37,078 nt of DNA, from NCBI GenBank assembly GCA_009926295.1, contig RFPF01000003.1, positions 1 through 37,078 of the forward strand, given 5' to 3'. Made by a program: the position numbers and the translations under genes. The stretch comes from Planctomycetia bacterium (GTDB lineage: Bacteria > Planctomycetota > Planctomycetia > Pirellulales > UBA1268). The notes under the pieces are model-generated. The model worked only from the letters and a program-made list of their open reading frames with translations. It searched no databases and was not told the DNA's origin. Shown here piece after piece: positions 1 to 9,682 of this stretch (position 1 is its first letter; each line of letters starts with the position of its first letter).

Positions 1-2664
1 GGCGTAGGTCGCGATGCCCAGCGGCAGCGACGGCTCCACCTCCGGGCGGATCGACAGCGTCCGCCCCGCGAGCGGCTGGTCGATCACGCCCTCCTCGTCG
101 AGGCAGCACTCGATCCGCTCGGGCGTGACGCGGATCCGGATCGAATACCACCGACCCGTGTCGAACGCGCGGTAGAGCGTGGTGCCGTTGCGGGCCGCAT
201 CGAGGCCGTCGATGCTCGACAGCCCGACGACACTGCCCCCCCAGCCGCCCACGATCAGGCTGCACGGGTCGTCTCCCACCGGGAAGGTGAGCCCGCAGAA
301 GAAGTCTCCGCCGTCGCGGCGCTGGGCCTCCAGCACGAGTTCGTAGTTCTGGCGCGGAAAATCGCCGGTCCACGTGATGCCGCTGAGATCAGCCCCCATG
401 CCGATCTCGATCGCACCGTCCACGACGGACACCTCCCCCTCGCCGCCGAACTGCGTGGGCTTCCACCGCCCGAGCCCGCCGCCGTCGAACATCGGCCGCC
501 ACCCCCCGTCGCCGGCTGCGGTGCCGCCGGGAGCCGCGATCTCCGCCAGGAGCGCTCCCGCGGCATAGACCTTCTCCAGGGCCGCCCGGATTCCCGGGGC
601 AGCGACCGCCACGGCCCGGGCCCGCACGTCGTCGTAGGCGACGTCGAGGGCGAGCGACTGGATGTTGCCGTCGAAGATGAGCCCCACGAGCTCACCGCGC
701 ACGTTCACGACGGGGCTGCCCGAGTTGCCGCCGATGATGTCCGCCGTCGAGACGAAGTTGAAGGGGGTTTCGAGAAAGGCGGTGTCGCGTTCGAGCACGG
801 GCCGCAGGTCGCGCCACTTCGGCGGCAGGTCGAACGGGGGCGTGTCGTGCTTCGCGGCCGCCCGGGCGAAGAGGCCGCGGTAGTCGGTGATCGCCGGCAC
901 ACGTCGCCCCTCCTCCTCGTAGCCCGCCACCGTGCCGTACGCCAGCCGCAGTGTGAAGGTGGCATCCGGATAGTTGCTTTCACCCCCGGCCGCAAACACC
1001 GCCTCGGTGAGTTCGGCATGGGCCTGCCGCTTCAGCTCGCCTGCCGCCTCCACGATCTTCCTCAGTGACCGCGACTCGGCGTCCACGGTGCGGGCGAGCG
1101 CGAGCATCGGATCGGCGGACGCCGCCACGGCCGCCTTGCCGCCATCGTAGAGAGCGCGCCTCGTATCGGGCCGGCTGCCCCCGGGCCTCTTGCCGAGCCC
1201 GGTGCCGGCCACCAGTTCCGCGGCCCGCTCGCGCGGCGACTTCCCGGCGAACACCTGCACCACGAGCGGGTCGTCGGCCCCGAGCGCCGCGGCGAGGGCC
1301 GTGAGCGAGTCGGCGAGTTTCACCACCTCGAACGCGTCGTAGATCGGCTCCGGGGAAAAGAGCTGGAGTTCGAGCGACGCACGGTTGGAGTCCCGATATT
1401 CCCGGAGCCGCTCGCCGCTCGGCTTCGCCGCCTCCTCTGCGGCCCGCAGGAGCATCCGCGCATTCGCGAAATACTGGCAATTGAATCCGACAGCACCCTC
1501 GAGCATCGCGTGTCGGAGGGCCACGCGGGCGAGATCGTCCTCGGCACGGTCGATCCGCTCGAACGGCGACGGCCCCGCCTTGGCGGGTCTGGCTGCCAGG
1601 AGCGTTCGCAGCCGCGCCTCATCGGTCCGCTTCCGCGCCAGGAGCGTGGGCTCGAGGAGCGCCGCAAGCAGCCCCTCGCGGTTCTTGCGGGCATTCTGCA
1701 CGCCGAAAAGATCGCCCATCGCCTGCCGTCGCTCCTCGGGCCCCTCGCCCGCGTAGGCCGCATAGAGCGATTCGAGCCTGTTGATCGTCGCGAGCGCGAA
1801 CGGCACCTGCCGGTCCCGCATGGCGACGAGTTCACGCACGGAGTTGGCCCGGTCGGTGTGGCCTGGATGCCCCGACACGAAGACGAGGTCCCCTGGCTGC
1901 GCTCCCCGCGCGGCCCATGCGAGGTGGTGCGGTACCCGGGCCGGTCGACCCTCCTCGTATGCCCGGAAGAAGCACACGTCGAGGTTGTACCGCGGAAATT
2001 CGAAGTTGTCGGCGTCGCCGCCGAAGAAGGCGATCTGCTGCTCCGGGGCGAACACGAGCCGCACGTCGGTGTACTTCTTCGCGCGATAGAGGTGGTAGCG
2101 GCCTCCCTGGTAGAGCGTGACCACGTCGCTGCGGAGGCCCGTGCCGGCGAGCGACTCCTGCTCGATCTCGGCCATCACGCGCCGCCGGGCGGCGAACGCG
2201 GCCTCGGAATCCATCCCCGGCGTCACGGCCTCCTGCACGCGGGCCGTCACGTCCTCGATCGAGATCAGCACGTTGAGCTCGAGGTCGAGGCAGCGCACCT
2301 CCTCCTCGCGCGTGGCGGCGTAGAATCCGTCGCGGTACAGGTTGCGGTCGGGCGTGCCGAGCTTCTGGAGGGCGTCGGCACCCACATGGTGGTTGGTGAG
2401 CACGAGTCCGTCGGCCGACACGAACGAGCCCGAGCCTCCGGAGTTGAACCGCACCGATGCCTGCTGGAGGTGCGTGAGCCAGTCCGGCGTGATCTTCTCC
2501 TGCCCGAGTCCGGCGGCGTGGTCGCGTTCGAGCAGCGCGAGCGGCGGATGGCTGAACAGCCACATGCCCTCGTCGGCCAACGCCACGGCGGCCCACGGCC
2601 ACTCGGCGACGAGGAGGCAGAGCGGGAGGAAGCGGAGCACGGCCAGCGGGGAGGCGAGCGGCAT
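1..2664 (-). CDS. S46 family dipeptidyl peptidase (DPP7-like) with C-terminal DUF1080 domain; 3' end truncated by window edge
   Basis: Manual translation of segments in one frame from ATG at 2664 to base 1 (888 codons; not in the ORF track because no stop lies in the window). Signal peptide then ADEGMWLF, VLTNHHV (catalytic His), FFGGDADNFEFPRYNLD, YPDATFTLRL, DIIGGNSGSP (catalytic Ser), GLIFDGN. Continues in frame into WRPMFDG...NYELVLEAQRRDGGDFFCGLTFPVG...GGWGG, typical of DUF1080. Confidence 0.9.
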   Translation of the reverse strand, partial: MPLASPLAVLRFLPLCLLVAEWPWAAVALADEGMWLFSHPPLALLERDHAAGLGQEKITPDWLTHLQQASVRFNSGGSGSFVSADGLVLTNHHVGADALQKLGTPDRNLYRDGFYAATREEEVRCLDLELNVLISIEDVTARVQEAVTPGMDSEAAFAARRRVMAEIEQESLAGTGLRSDVVTLYQGGRYHLYRAKKYTDVRLVFAPEQQIAFFGGDADNFEFPRYNLDVCFFRAYEEGRPARVPHHLAWAARGAQPGDLVFVSGHPGHTDRANSVRELVAMRDRQVPFALATINRLESLYAAYAGEGPEERRQAMGDLFGVQNARKNREGLLAALLEPTLLARKRTDEARLRTLLAARPAKAGPSPFERIDRAEDDLARVALRHAMLEGAVGFNCQYFANARMLLRAAEEAAKPSGERLREYRDSNRASLELQLFSPEPIYDAFEVVKLADSLTALAAALGADDPLVVQVFAGKSPRERAAELVAGTGLGKRPGGSRPDTRRALYDGGKAAVAASADPMLALARTVDAESRSLRKIVEAAGELKRQAHAELTEAVFAAGGESNYPDATFTLRLAYGTVAGYEEEGRRVPAITDYRGLFARAAAKHDTPPFDLPPKWRDLRPVLERDTAFLETPFNFVSTADIIGGNSGSPVVNVRGELVGLIFDGNIQSLALDVAYDDVRARAVAVAAPGIRAALEKVYAAGALLAEIAAPGGTAAGDGGWRPMFDGGGLGRWKPTQFGGEGEVSVVDGAIEIGMGADLSGITWTGDFPRQNYELVLEAQRRDGGDFFCGLTFPVGDDPCSLIVGGWGGSVVGLSSIDGLDAARNGTTLYRAFDTGRWYSIRIRVTPERIECCLDEEGVIDQPLAGRTLSIRPEVEPSLPLGIATYA

Positions 2665-2713
2665 GCCCGCAGAGTATCCGAAAGCCCGGCCGCCGTCCCG
2701 GCCCTTCGAGGGC

Positions 2714-2742
2714 TTGCCGGCAGTAGTGTTCATGCGTACACT
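2714..2742 (+). promoter_or_regulatory. Putative sigma70 promoter for comM/yifB (TTGCCG-17-TACACT)
   Basis: -35/-10-like hexamers with 17-nt spacer in an AT-richer intergenic region about 60 nt upstream of ATG 2802. Confidence 0.45.
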
Positions 2743-2801
2743 TCCACGACGACGGCCGTTTCGGCCGCGACGATCCCCACCATCACAACGAGGGTGCTCC
2801 C

Positions 2802-4340
2802 ATGCTCGCCCGACTCCGAACCTTCTCGCTGCTCGGCATCGACGCCGTGCCGATCGACGTCGAAGTCGACGTGTCGGCCGGAGCCCTGCCTGCCACCGTA
2901 CTTGTCGGCCTTCCCGATACGGCCATCCGCGAGAGCACGCACCGTGTGGCGCGGGCGATGGTCAACTCCGGCTTCAACCGCCCCAACGACCGGATCGTCG
3001 TCAACCTCGCCCCGGCGGAGATTCCCAAGCAGGCTGCCACGTTCGACCTCCCGATCACGCTCGGCATCCTGGCGGGGAGCGGGCAATTCTCCTCGCAACG
3101 ATTCGACGACTACGCCGTGGTGGGTGAACTGTCGTTGGAGGGCTTCACGCGGCCGGCCCGCGGCGCCCTGTCGATGGCGATCGCCGCCGCCCGCCAGAAG
3201 CGGCTGCGGGGGGTGGTGGTTCCCACCGCGAGCGCAACCGAGGCAGCCGTCGTCGAGGACGTCGAGATCATTCCCGTCTCGACGCTCTCCGAGGCGGTTC
3301 AGTTCTTCTCCGGCGATCTCGACATACCCCCCACGCCACCACGGGTGACGGAGTGGTTCGACCGCTTCGCGAACTACGACGTCGATTTCGCGGACGTCAG
3401 GGGACAGGAGGCGGCCAAGCGTGCGATCTGCGTCGCAGCGGCCGGGGGACACAACGTGGCCATGCTGGGGCCGCCTGGGGGCGGCAAGACGATGCTCGCC
3501 AAACGCATCCCCACGATCCTGCCCCAGCTCACGGCCTCCGAATCGATCGAGACCACCCGCATCTACAGCGCCCTCGGCCTCGTTTCCCCAGGTCAGCCGC
3601 TGCTGGCCACGCGGCCGTTTCGCGCCCCGCATCACACGATCTCGGAGGCCGGCCTCGTGGGCGGCCGGTCCATCCCCATGCCTGGCGAGATCAGCCTCGC
3701 TCACAACGGCGTCCTGTTCCTCGACGAACTGCCCGAGTTCAACCGGCGCACGCTCGAGGTGCTGCGGCAGCCGCTGGAGGACGGCACCGTGACGATCAGC
3801 CGCGCCCTCACGACGTCGCGTTTCCCGGCCGACTTCATGCTCGTGGCGGCCTTCAATCCCTGCCCGTGCGGCTACCGCGGCGATCCCCGGAGGCAGTGCC
3901 AGTGCACGCCGCCGCAGGTCGAGAAATACATGGGTAAGGTCTCCGGGCCGCTGCTGGATCGGATCGACATCCATTTGGAGGTTCCCGCGGTGCCGTTTCG
4001 CGAACTCTCGGCCGCACGGCCGGGCACGTCGAGTCGCCAGATGCGGGAGGCGGTGCTTTCCGCCCGAACGCGGCAGGCGGAGCGTTTCGCCGGTTTGGCG
4101 ACGCGATCCAACGCCAGGATGACGAGCCGCGAGGTGCGAGAGTTCTGCCCGCTCGACCCCCCCGCCGTCGACCTCCTCCGCGGCGCGGTCTCAGATCTCG
4201 GCCTCTCCGCCCGCGCCCACGACAAGGTCCTCCGTGTGGCTCGTACCGTCGCCGACCTCGACGGAGCCGATCGAATCGGCGCCGGCCACGTGAGCGAGGC
4301 GATCAACTACCGCCTGCTCGACCGCAGCCTGTGGACCTGA
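2802..4340 (+). CDS. comM: YifB/ComM family Mg-chelatase-like AAA+ ATPase
   Basis: N-terminal Lon-like domain (VNLAPAEIPK), Walker A GPPGGGKT, PFRAPHHT, GEISLAHNGVLFLDELPEF, NPCPCG zinc site, SGPLLDRID, LSARAHDKVLRVART. Confidence 0.93.
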   Translation: MLARLRTFSLLGIDAVPIDVEVDVSAGALPATVLVGLPDTAIRESTHRVARAMVNSGFNRPNDRIVVNLAPAEIPKQAATFDLPITLGILAGSGQFSSQRFDDYAVVGELSLEGFTRPARGALSMAIAAARQKRLRGVVVPTASATEAAVVEDVEIIPVSTLSEAVQFFSGDLDIPPTPPRVTEWFDRFANYDVDFADVRGQEAAKRAICVAAAGGHNVAMLGPPGGGKTMLAKRIPTILPQLTASESIETTRIYSALGLVSPGQPLLATRPFRAPHHTISEAGLVGGRSIPMPGEISLAHNGVLFLDELPEFNRRTLEVLRQPLEDGTVTISRALTTSRFPADFMLVAAFNPCPCGYRGDPRRQCQCTPPQVEKYMGKVSGPLLDRIDIHLEVPAVPFRELSAARPGTSSRQMREAVLSARTRQAERFAGLATRSNARMTSREVREFCPLDPPAVDLLRGAVSDLGLSARAHDKVLRVARTVADLDGADRIGAGHVSEAINYRLLDRSLWT

Positions 4341-4394
4341 ACCCCCGAAATATCAGCCTCGACTGCTGGCGGAGGCATGTGCGAAACTCCCGTC

Positions 4395-5135
4395 ATGACG
4401 GTGCCGCTCCGACCCCTCGCTCCCTCCCCCGACGACTCGCGGCCGGCCATGGACGGGTGGGATCGCAGGACGCTCCTCGGCTCCGCAACGGCCCTGGCGA
4501 TCCTCGGTGCGATGGCTCTGGCGATCGATCTGCCGGTCGCGGAATGGTGCAAGATGGGCGGCGTGCCCAAGGAACTGCAGCGATTCCTCAACTTTTCGGA
4601 GGTCTTCGCGCATACGATGGGTGCCGCGGCACTCCTCGCGACGGCGCTCGTGCTCGACCCCGGATTGGCCTTCCCGTCGCTGCGGTGGCCGGCGATCCGC
4701 TGGCCGTCGTTCCAGCCGTCGGTGGAGCGGGAGCGGATGGCCCGCATGATCGGTGCGACGGCCTGCGGCGGGCTGGCGGTCGATGTCGTCAAACTCCTGG
4801 TGGATCGGGCACGCCCCCGGGCCATCGACGTCGCGGCCCAGTCGTCGGCGCTCGCGACCTTCGGCGTCGTTCCCGCCACCGGCAGCCATTCAGACGCCAA
4901 CAGTTTCCCCTCGGGGCATGCCGCCGTCGCCTGCGGTCTGTTGGCGGCGCTGGCGTGGCGGTATCCCCGCGGGCGGTGGCTGTTCATGCTCTTCGCCGCG
5001 AGCGCCGCCCTGCAGCGAGTGGCAACGGCGGCACACTACCCCAGCGACGTGTGCCTCGGTGCGGCCCTGGGCCTCGTCGGGGCGGCGATCTTTCTCGCGG
5101 GCCGGCCGGAATCAGCCATCTCCAGGGAGGCGTGA
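4395..5135 (+). CDS. PAP2 family membrane phosphatase
   Basis: Motifs C1 KLLVDRARP, C2 FPSGH, C3 QRVATAAHYPSD, plus several hydrophobic helices. Start uncertain (4377 or 4395). Confidence 0.85.
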   Translation: MTVPLRPLAPSPDDSRPAMDGWDRRTLLGSATALAILGAMALAIDLPVAEWCKMGGVPKELQRFLNFSEVFAHTMGAAALLATALVLDPGLAFPSLRWPAIRWPSFQPSVERERMARMIGATACGGLAVDVVKLLVDRARPRAIDVAAQSSALATFGVVPATGSHSDANSFPSGHAAVACGLLAALAWRYPRGRWLFMLFAASAALQRVATAAHYPSDVCLGAALGLVGAAIFLAGRPESAISREA

Positions 5136-5160
5136 GGGTTGGATGAGATTTTGCAGTCGT

Positions 5161-5190
5161 TTGGCACGCGTCTCGCGTTCTTGATACGAT
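5161..5190 (+). promoter_or_regulatory. Putative sigma70 promoter (TTGGCA-18-TACGAT with TG extension)
   Basis: Hexamers seen upstream of the receiver-domain gene (ATG 5245). Confidence 0.4.
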
Positions 5191-5244
5191 CGTGCGTCGC
5201 ACACAGGTGATCGTTCGCCGGATCGACCACACCGGATTGCCAGC

Positions 5245-5709
5245 ATGCCAACCCAGAAACGCTCGCGGAAAGTCGCCGCCCCTGCGGAGGCCCCCGATCG
5301 CGACGGCCCAACGCCGGCTGCCGCAGCCAAGGCGGGCGTTGCCGGCGGCGGCAAGCGGGTGCTCCTCGTCGACGACGACGTCGAGATCATCGAATCGATG
5401 AAGGCGGTTCTCGAGTCGAAGGGATACGAGATTTTGGTAGCGCGTGACGGCAACCAAGGGCTCGTGCTCGCCGAGCAGGAAAACCCCGACCTCGTCGTGC
5501 TCGACATGATGATGCCGAAACGCAGCGGGTTTCTCGTGCTTGAACGGCTTCGTCGCAGCCGCTCCGTGCCGCTGCGCGTGATCATGATCACCGCCAACGA
5601 GGGCAGCCGTCACAAGGCGTACGCCGAGATGCTCGGTGTCGACGACTACATCCGCAAGCCGTTCGCGATGGACAGGCTGCTGGACAGCGTGCAGCGGCTG
5701 CTTTCCTGA
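5245..5709 (+). CDS. Single-domain response regulator (CheY-like receiver)
   Basis: VLLVDDD acidic pocket, PDLVVLDMMMP (phospho-Asp), IMITA, YIRKPF. No output domain; low-complexity N-terminal tail. Confidence 0.92.
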   Translation: MPTQKRSRKVAAPAEAPDRDGPTPAAAAKAGVAGGGKRVLLVDDDVEIIESMKAVLESKGYEILVARDGNQGLVLAEQENPDLVVLDMMMPKRSGFLVLERLRRSRSVPLRVIMITANEGSRHKAYAEMLGVDDYIRKPFAMDRLLDSVQRLLS

Positions 5710-5779
5710 GCGGATTCGACCCCCACCGGGCCCCCGCAGCATCCGCAATCTGGGCAGGATGCGCAGCGAAAGCCTGAGA

Positions 5780-5808
5780 TTGACCCGGTTTTGACCGCCG
5801 CCTACATT
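5780..5808 (+). promoter_or_regulatory. Putative sigma70 promoter for dnaG (TTGACC-17-TACATT)
   Basis: Near-consensus -35/-10 with 17-nt spacer in the intergenic gap. Confidence 0.55.
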
Positions 5809-5850
5809 CCGGCGGTGACCTGAGCGCGGCTGGTTCCAGGGAAGGTTGGC

Positions 5851-7713
5851 GTGCCCATTTCTCCGGTTTCATCGTCGTCCGTGGCCGGAACGTCGCTCCA
5901 TGACGACGCCAAGGAGCGGGTGCGCGACGCGACCGACATCGTCGATCTGGTGGGTACGTACTTCGCGCTGCGTCGCGCCGGCAAGGCCATGGTTGGCCTG
6001 TGCCCATGGCACGAGGACTCCCGGCCCAGCTTCCACGTGAATCCCGAGCGGCAGACGTTCCGCTGCTGGGTCTGCAACGTGGGCGGGGATGTCTTCAGTT
6101 TCCTCATGCGGATGGAAAAACTGGAGTTCCGCGAGGCACTGGAGCATCTCGCCGAGCGGGCTGGCATCCAGCTCACCCGCGGCCGCGGACCATCCACCGA
6201 CGAAAAATCCGCGTTGCTCAAGGCCCTCGCGTGGGCCGCCGAGCGATTCGCTGGCTGCCTTCAGCATGGCGGGGAAGCCGGCGCGGCCCGCGACTACCTC
6301 GCCGAACGCGGCCTCTCCGCCGAGACGATCGCGAAGTTCCAGCTCGGGTTCGCCCCGCCGGCGTGGGACTGGCTGCTGCGACAGGCTTCTGCCGCGGGAA
6401 TCCCCACTCCCCACCTCGCCCGCACCGGTCTGGCCGTGGAGCGGCAGGATCGCTCCGGTCACTACGACCGGTTTCGCGACCGGGTCATGTTCCCGATCCG
6501 CGACCCGCTGGGCCGCTGCGTCGCGTTCGGAGGCCGCGTGCTCCCGGGCGCCGCGCCCGACGCCGCCAAATACATCAACTCGCCGGAGACGCCGCTGTTC
6601 TCCAAGAGTTCCATGCTCTACGGGCTCGACACGGCCCGCGACGCCATGACCGCCTCGCGCCGCGCCGTCGTCGTCGAGGGCTACACCGACTGCCTGGCGG
6701 CACGCCAGGCCGGCGTCGACGACGTGGTGGCCGTGCTCGGCACCGCCCTTGGAGAGAAACACGCCAAGCTGCTGCGTCGCTATGCCGATCGCATCGTGCT
6801 CGTCCTCGACGGCGACGACGCAGGCCGCCGCCGTGCCGACGAGATCCTCGACGTGATCCTCGCCGAGCCGATCGACGTGAGGATCGCCCGCCTTCCTTCG
6901 GGCGTCGATCCGTGCGAATTCGTCCTCGACCGCGGTCGTGACGCCTTCGAGGCGCTCCTCGACGCCGCGGTGGATCCACTGGAGTACCGCATGGATGAGG
7001 CGGTGGCGAGGCTGGCCGGCCGCCGGGGTGACGACGCCGTGCTGGCGGCCGTCGAGAGCGTGCTCCGCCCTCTCGCGAACGCGTCGGAACGCTCGCCCCT
7101 GAGCCCGTCTCAAAGGCAGCTCCGCGAGGACCAGGTGCTCGGCCGCCTGTCGCGCCGCTTCGGGCTTTCGCGCGACGCGCTGCGCGAGCGGCTTCGCGAG
7201 CTGCGGTCGCAGCGGGTGGTGCCCGTATCCGCTCCTCCGGGCGACCGTCCCGAGGCGCCGGCGGTCGGCCGTCTCCCGGCGTGGGACCGCGAGGTGATCG
7301 AGGTGCTCGTCGGCGTTCCCGACGGCATCGGGCTGATCGTCCGCGAGGTGCCCGCGTCGGATCTCGAAACTCCCGAGGGACGCGCCGTGCTCGAGGCCGC
7401 GCGGCGCATGCACGACGCCGGCAAGCCGGTCGCCCTGCCCGGGCTGCTCCTGGCCATCACCGACCCCGCTCTCCAGAGCCTGCTCGTCGCCGTCGATGAA
7501 TCGACCTCCGCGCGGGGGCCGGTCGATCCGGCCGAGCGGCTGCACCACCTCGAGGATGCCCTGCGACGCCGCTCCGCCCAGCGGCAGGCGCACGAGAGCA
7601 CCCTCGCACTGAAATCCTCCGGGCTGGATCCCGGCTCGGAGGCGGCTTTGTTGGAGCGACTCGTCGCACAGCGGCGGGTCGCCCAGGGCATGTCCGAACC
7701 CAAGGATGGGTGA
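5851..7713 (+). CDS. dnaG: DNA primase
   Basis: Zinc finger CPWHEDSRPSF...CWVC, DRFRDRVMFPI, KYINSPET, TOPRIM VVEGYTD and LDGDDAG. True start may be GTG 5881. Confidence 0.96.
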   Translation: MPISPVSSSSVAGTSLHDDAKERVRDATDIVDLVGTYFALRRAGKAMVGLCPWHEDSRPSFHVNPERQTFRCWVCNVGGDVFSFLMRMEKLEFREALEHLAERAGIQLTRGRGPSTDEKSALLKALAWAAERFAGCLQHGGEAGAARDYLAERGLSAETIAKFQLGFAPPAWDWLLRQASAAGIPTPHLARTGLAVERQDRSGHYDRFRDRVMFPIRDPLGRCVAFGGRVLPGAAPDAAKYINSPETPLFSKSSMLYGLDTARDAMTASRRAVVVEGYTDCLAARQAGVDDVVAVLGTALGEKHAKLLRRYADRIVLVLDGDDAGRRRADEILDVILAEPIDVRIARLPSGVDPCEFVLDRGRDAFEALLDAAVDPLEYRMDEAVARLAGRRGDDAVLAAVESVLRPLANASERSPLSPSQRQLREDQVLGRLSRRFGLSRDALRERLRELRSQRVVPVSAPPGDRPEAPAVGRLPAWDREVIEVLVGVPDGIGLIVREVPASDLETPEGRAVLEAARRMHDAGKPVALPGLLLAITDPALQSLLVAVDESTSARGPVDPAERLHHLEDALRRRSAQRQAHESTLALKSSGLDPGSEAALLERLVAQRRVAQGMSEPKDG

Positions 7714-7814
7714 GGGTGCCCGCCTCGTCGCTGCAATCGATCCGCCGCGGACTTCACCCAGGCGGATCGGGGGGCGGTGCGCGAGTGACGGTACGATGGT
7801 GAAGGAGACCCTCG

Positions 7815-9524
7815 ATGAGCATGCCCAACAGGATCGCGACCCAGGCCAGAGCCCTTCCGGCAACCGATGCCCGCAGCGGTGGCGCGCCGGCCACGCACGG
7901 TGACCACGAACTCACGGCCCTCGTCGCCACAGGCCTGTCGCAGGGCTATCTGACGTTCGACCAGGTCAACGCCTTCCTGCCCGACGAGGCGGTCGATCCC
8001 GAGAAGATCGACTCGCTGCTCGTCGCCCTCGAGGAGAAGGGAATCGATCTCGTCGACACGCCACCCGTCGCGGAATCGGCCGACGTTCCTGCGGCGCCCG
8101 TCAAGCCGCGACGTGACGAGCCGATCACGACCGCACCGTCGAACGCCGCCAACGACCCGATCCGCATGTACCTCGCCCAGATGGCCGAAATCCCGCTGCT
8201 CACGCGGCAGGAGGAGATCTCTCTGGCGAAGAGGATCGAAGTGACGCGGAAGCGGTTCCGCCGGGCGATCCTCGGCTGCTCTTATTCCCTCCGGGCCACC
8301 GTCGACACGCTGAAGCGGGTGCACGAGGGTGGCCTCCCGTTCGACCGTACGATCAAGGTGTCACTCACGGAGCGGCTCACGAAGGAGCAGATCCTCGCGC
8401 GGATGCCGCACAACCTCGCCACCCTCGACCACCTCATCGGGCAGAGCAGGGCCGACTTCCGCCTGCTGATCAGCAGGCGTACACCGCCCGCCGAGGCACT
8501 CGCGGCGCGAATGCGCTTTCGGCGGGCTCGTGCCAAGTCGCTGACCCTCGTCGAGGAACTCAGCCTCCGCACCCGGCGCGTGCAACCGCTGATGAAACTC
8601 TTGCGGGGCATGTCGTCGCGGATGGACCGGCTCCAGCAGGATCTGCGGGCGCTGGCCCACGGCGAAGGCTCCCGCGACGACCGCGCGGACATGCGGAAGG
8701 AACTGCGGGATCTGATGCTCACCACGCTGGAGAGCCCCCGGTCGCTGCGCACGCGGGTGGGGACGCTCGACAGGCTGCGCGACGAATACGAGGCCGCCAA
8801 GCGCAACCTCTCGGCGGCGAACCTGCGCCTGGTGGTCTCGATCGCGAAGAAATACCGCAACCGTGGCCTGTCCTTCCTCGACCTCATCCAGGAGGGCAAC
8901 ACCGGGCTGATGCGCGCGGTCGACAAGTACGAGTACCGCCGTGGCTTCAAATTTTCGACCTACGCGACCTGGTGGATCCGGCAGGCGATCACCCGCGCGA
9001 TCGCCGACCAGTCGCGCACGATCCGCATCCCGGTGCACATGATCGATGTCCTGTCGAAGCTGCGCACGACCGCCAAGAAGCTGCTCCATGAGTTCGGCCG
9101 CGAGCCGAGCGTCGAGGAGATTGCCCAGGCGGCGGGCGTCGGGCTCGAGGAGGCCCGCCGTGTGATCGACATGGGACGGCAGCCGATGAGTCTCGATCGG
9201 CCCGTCGGGGAAAGCGAGGACGCGAGCTTCAGCGAGTTCGTCGAAGATGTCGGCACTGCGAGCCCCACCGAGTCCACCACGACCGGCCTGCTCAAGGACC
9301 GCATCGAGTCGCTCCTCAAGACGCTCACCTACCGTGAACGGGAAATCATCCGCCTGCGCTACGGGCTCACCGACGGGTACACCTACACGCTCGAGGAGGT
9401 GGGGCGGATCTTCCGCGTCACGCGCGAGCGGGTGCGTCAGATCGAGGCGAAGGCCGTGAAGAAACTGCAGCATCCGGTGCGGTCGAAACAGCTCGAGGCG
9501 TTTCTCTCAGGCGTGGACGGCTGA
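7815..9524 (+). CDS. rpoD: Primary-type RNA polymerase sigma-70 factor
   Basis: AAGGAG RBS; region 1.1 GYLTFDQVN, 1.2 [10 protein letters not shown], 2 [42 protein letters not shown], 4 TLEEVG...[13 protein letters not shown]. Lies directly after dnaG. Confidence 0.93.
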   Translation: MSMPNRIATQARALPATDARSGGAPATHGDHELTALVATGLSQGYLTFDQVNAFLPDEAVDPEKIDSLLVALEEKGIDLVDTPPVAESADVPAAPVKPRRDEPITTAPSNAANDPIRMYLAQMAEIPLLTRQEEISLAKRIEVTRKRFRRAILGCSYSLRATVDTLKRVHEGGLPFDRTIKVSLTERLTKEQILARMPHNLATLDHLIGQSRADFRLLISRRTPPAEALAARMRFRRARAKSLTLVEELSLRTRRVQPLMKLLRGMSSRMDRLQQDLRALAHGEGSRDDRADMRKELRDLMLTTLESPRSLRTRVGTLDRLRDEYEAAKRNLSAANLRLVVSIAKKYRNRGLSFLDLIQEGNTGLMRAVDKYEYRRGFKFSTYATWWIRQAITRAIADQSRTIRIPVHMIDVLSKLRTTAKKLLHEFGREPSVEEIAQAAGVGLEEARRVIDMGRQPMSLDRPVGESEDASFSEFVEDVGTASPTESTTTGLLKDRIESLLKTLTYREREIIRLRYGLTDGYTYTLEEVGRIFRVTRERVRQIEAKAVKKLQHPVRSKQLEAFLSGVDG

Positions 9525-9540
9525 ACGTCGAGGCCTGCCC

Positions 9541-9578
9541 CTCGACCGGCCGATGCCCGGTTTTTTCGGCCGGTCGAG
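9541..9578. terminator. Stem-loop downstream of rpoD (probable terminator or stabiliser)
   Basis: Perfect 13-bp inverted repeat CTCGACCGGCCGA / TCGGCCGGTCGAG with 12-nt loop, 16 nt after the stop. No clear 3' U-tract. Confidence 0.55.
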
Positions 9579-9682
9579 CGGGGCCGCGACGGCGGCGCGG
9601 CATTGTGGTGGCCCACTTCCACGCGCTGCTACACTCGGGTCCCGGCGGATGGACACACCGTCCCCGATCCCGAGGAGCACGC

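Noticed and set aside
1510-3348. 612-aa plus-strand ORF
   Set aside because: Antisense to the S46 peptidase and out of frame over comM.
2802-4340. Magnesium chelatase / photosynthesis gene
   Set aside because: Domain layout is ComM/YifB; no bch/chl context.
5869-7863. 664-aa minus-strand ORF (and similar at 11298-13562, 22465-24243, 24478-26259, 30334-32229, 33960-35714)
   Set aside because: Shadow frames overlapping well-supported genes; Arg/Gly/Pro-rich or antisense composition.
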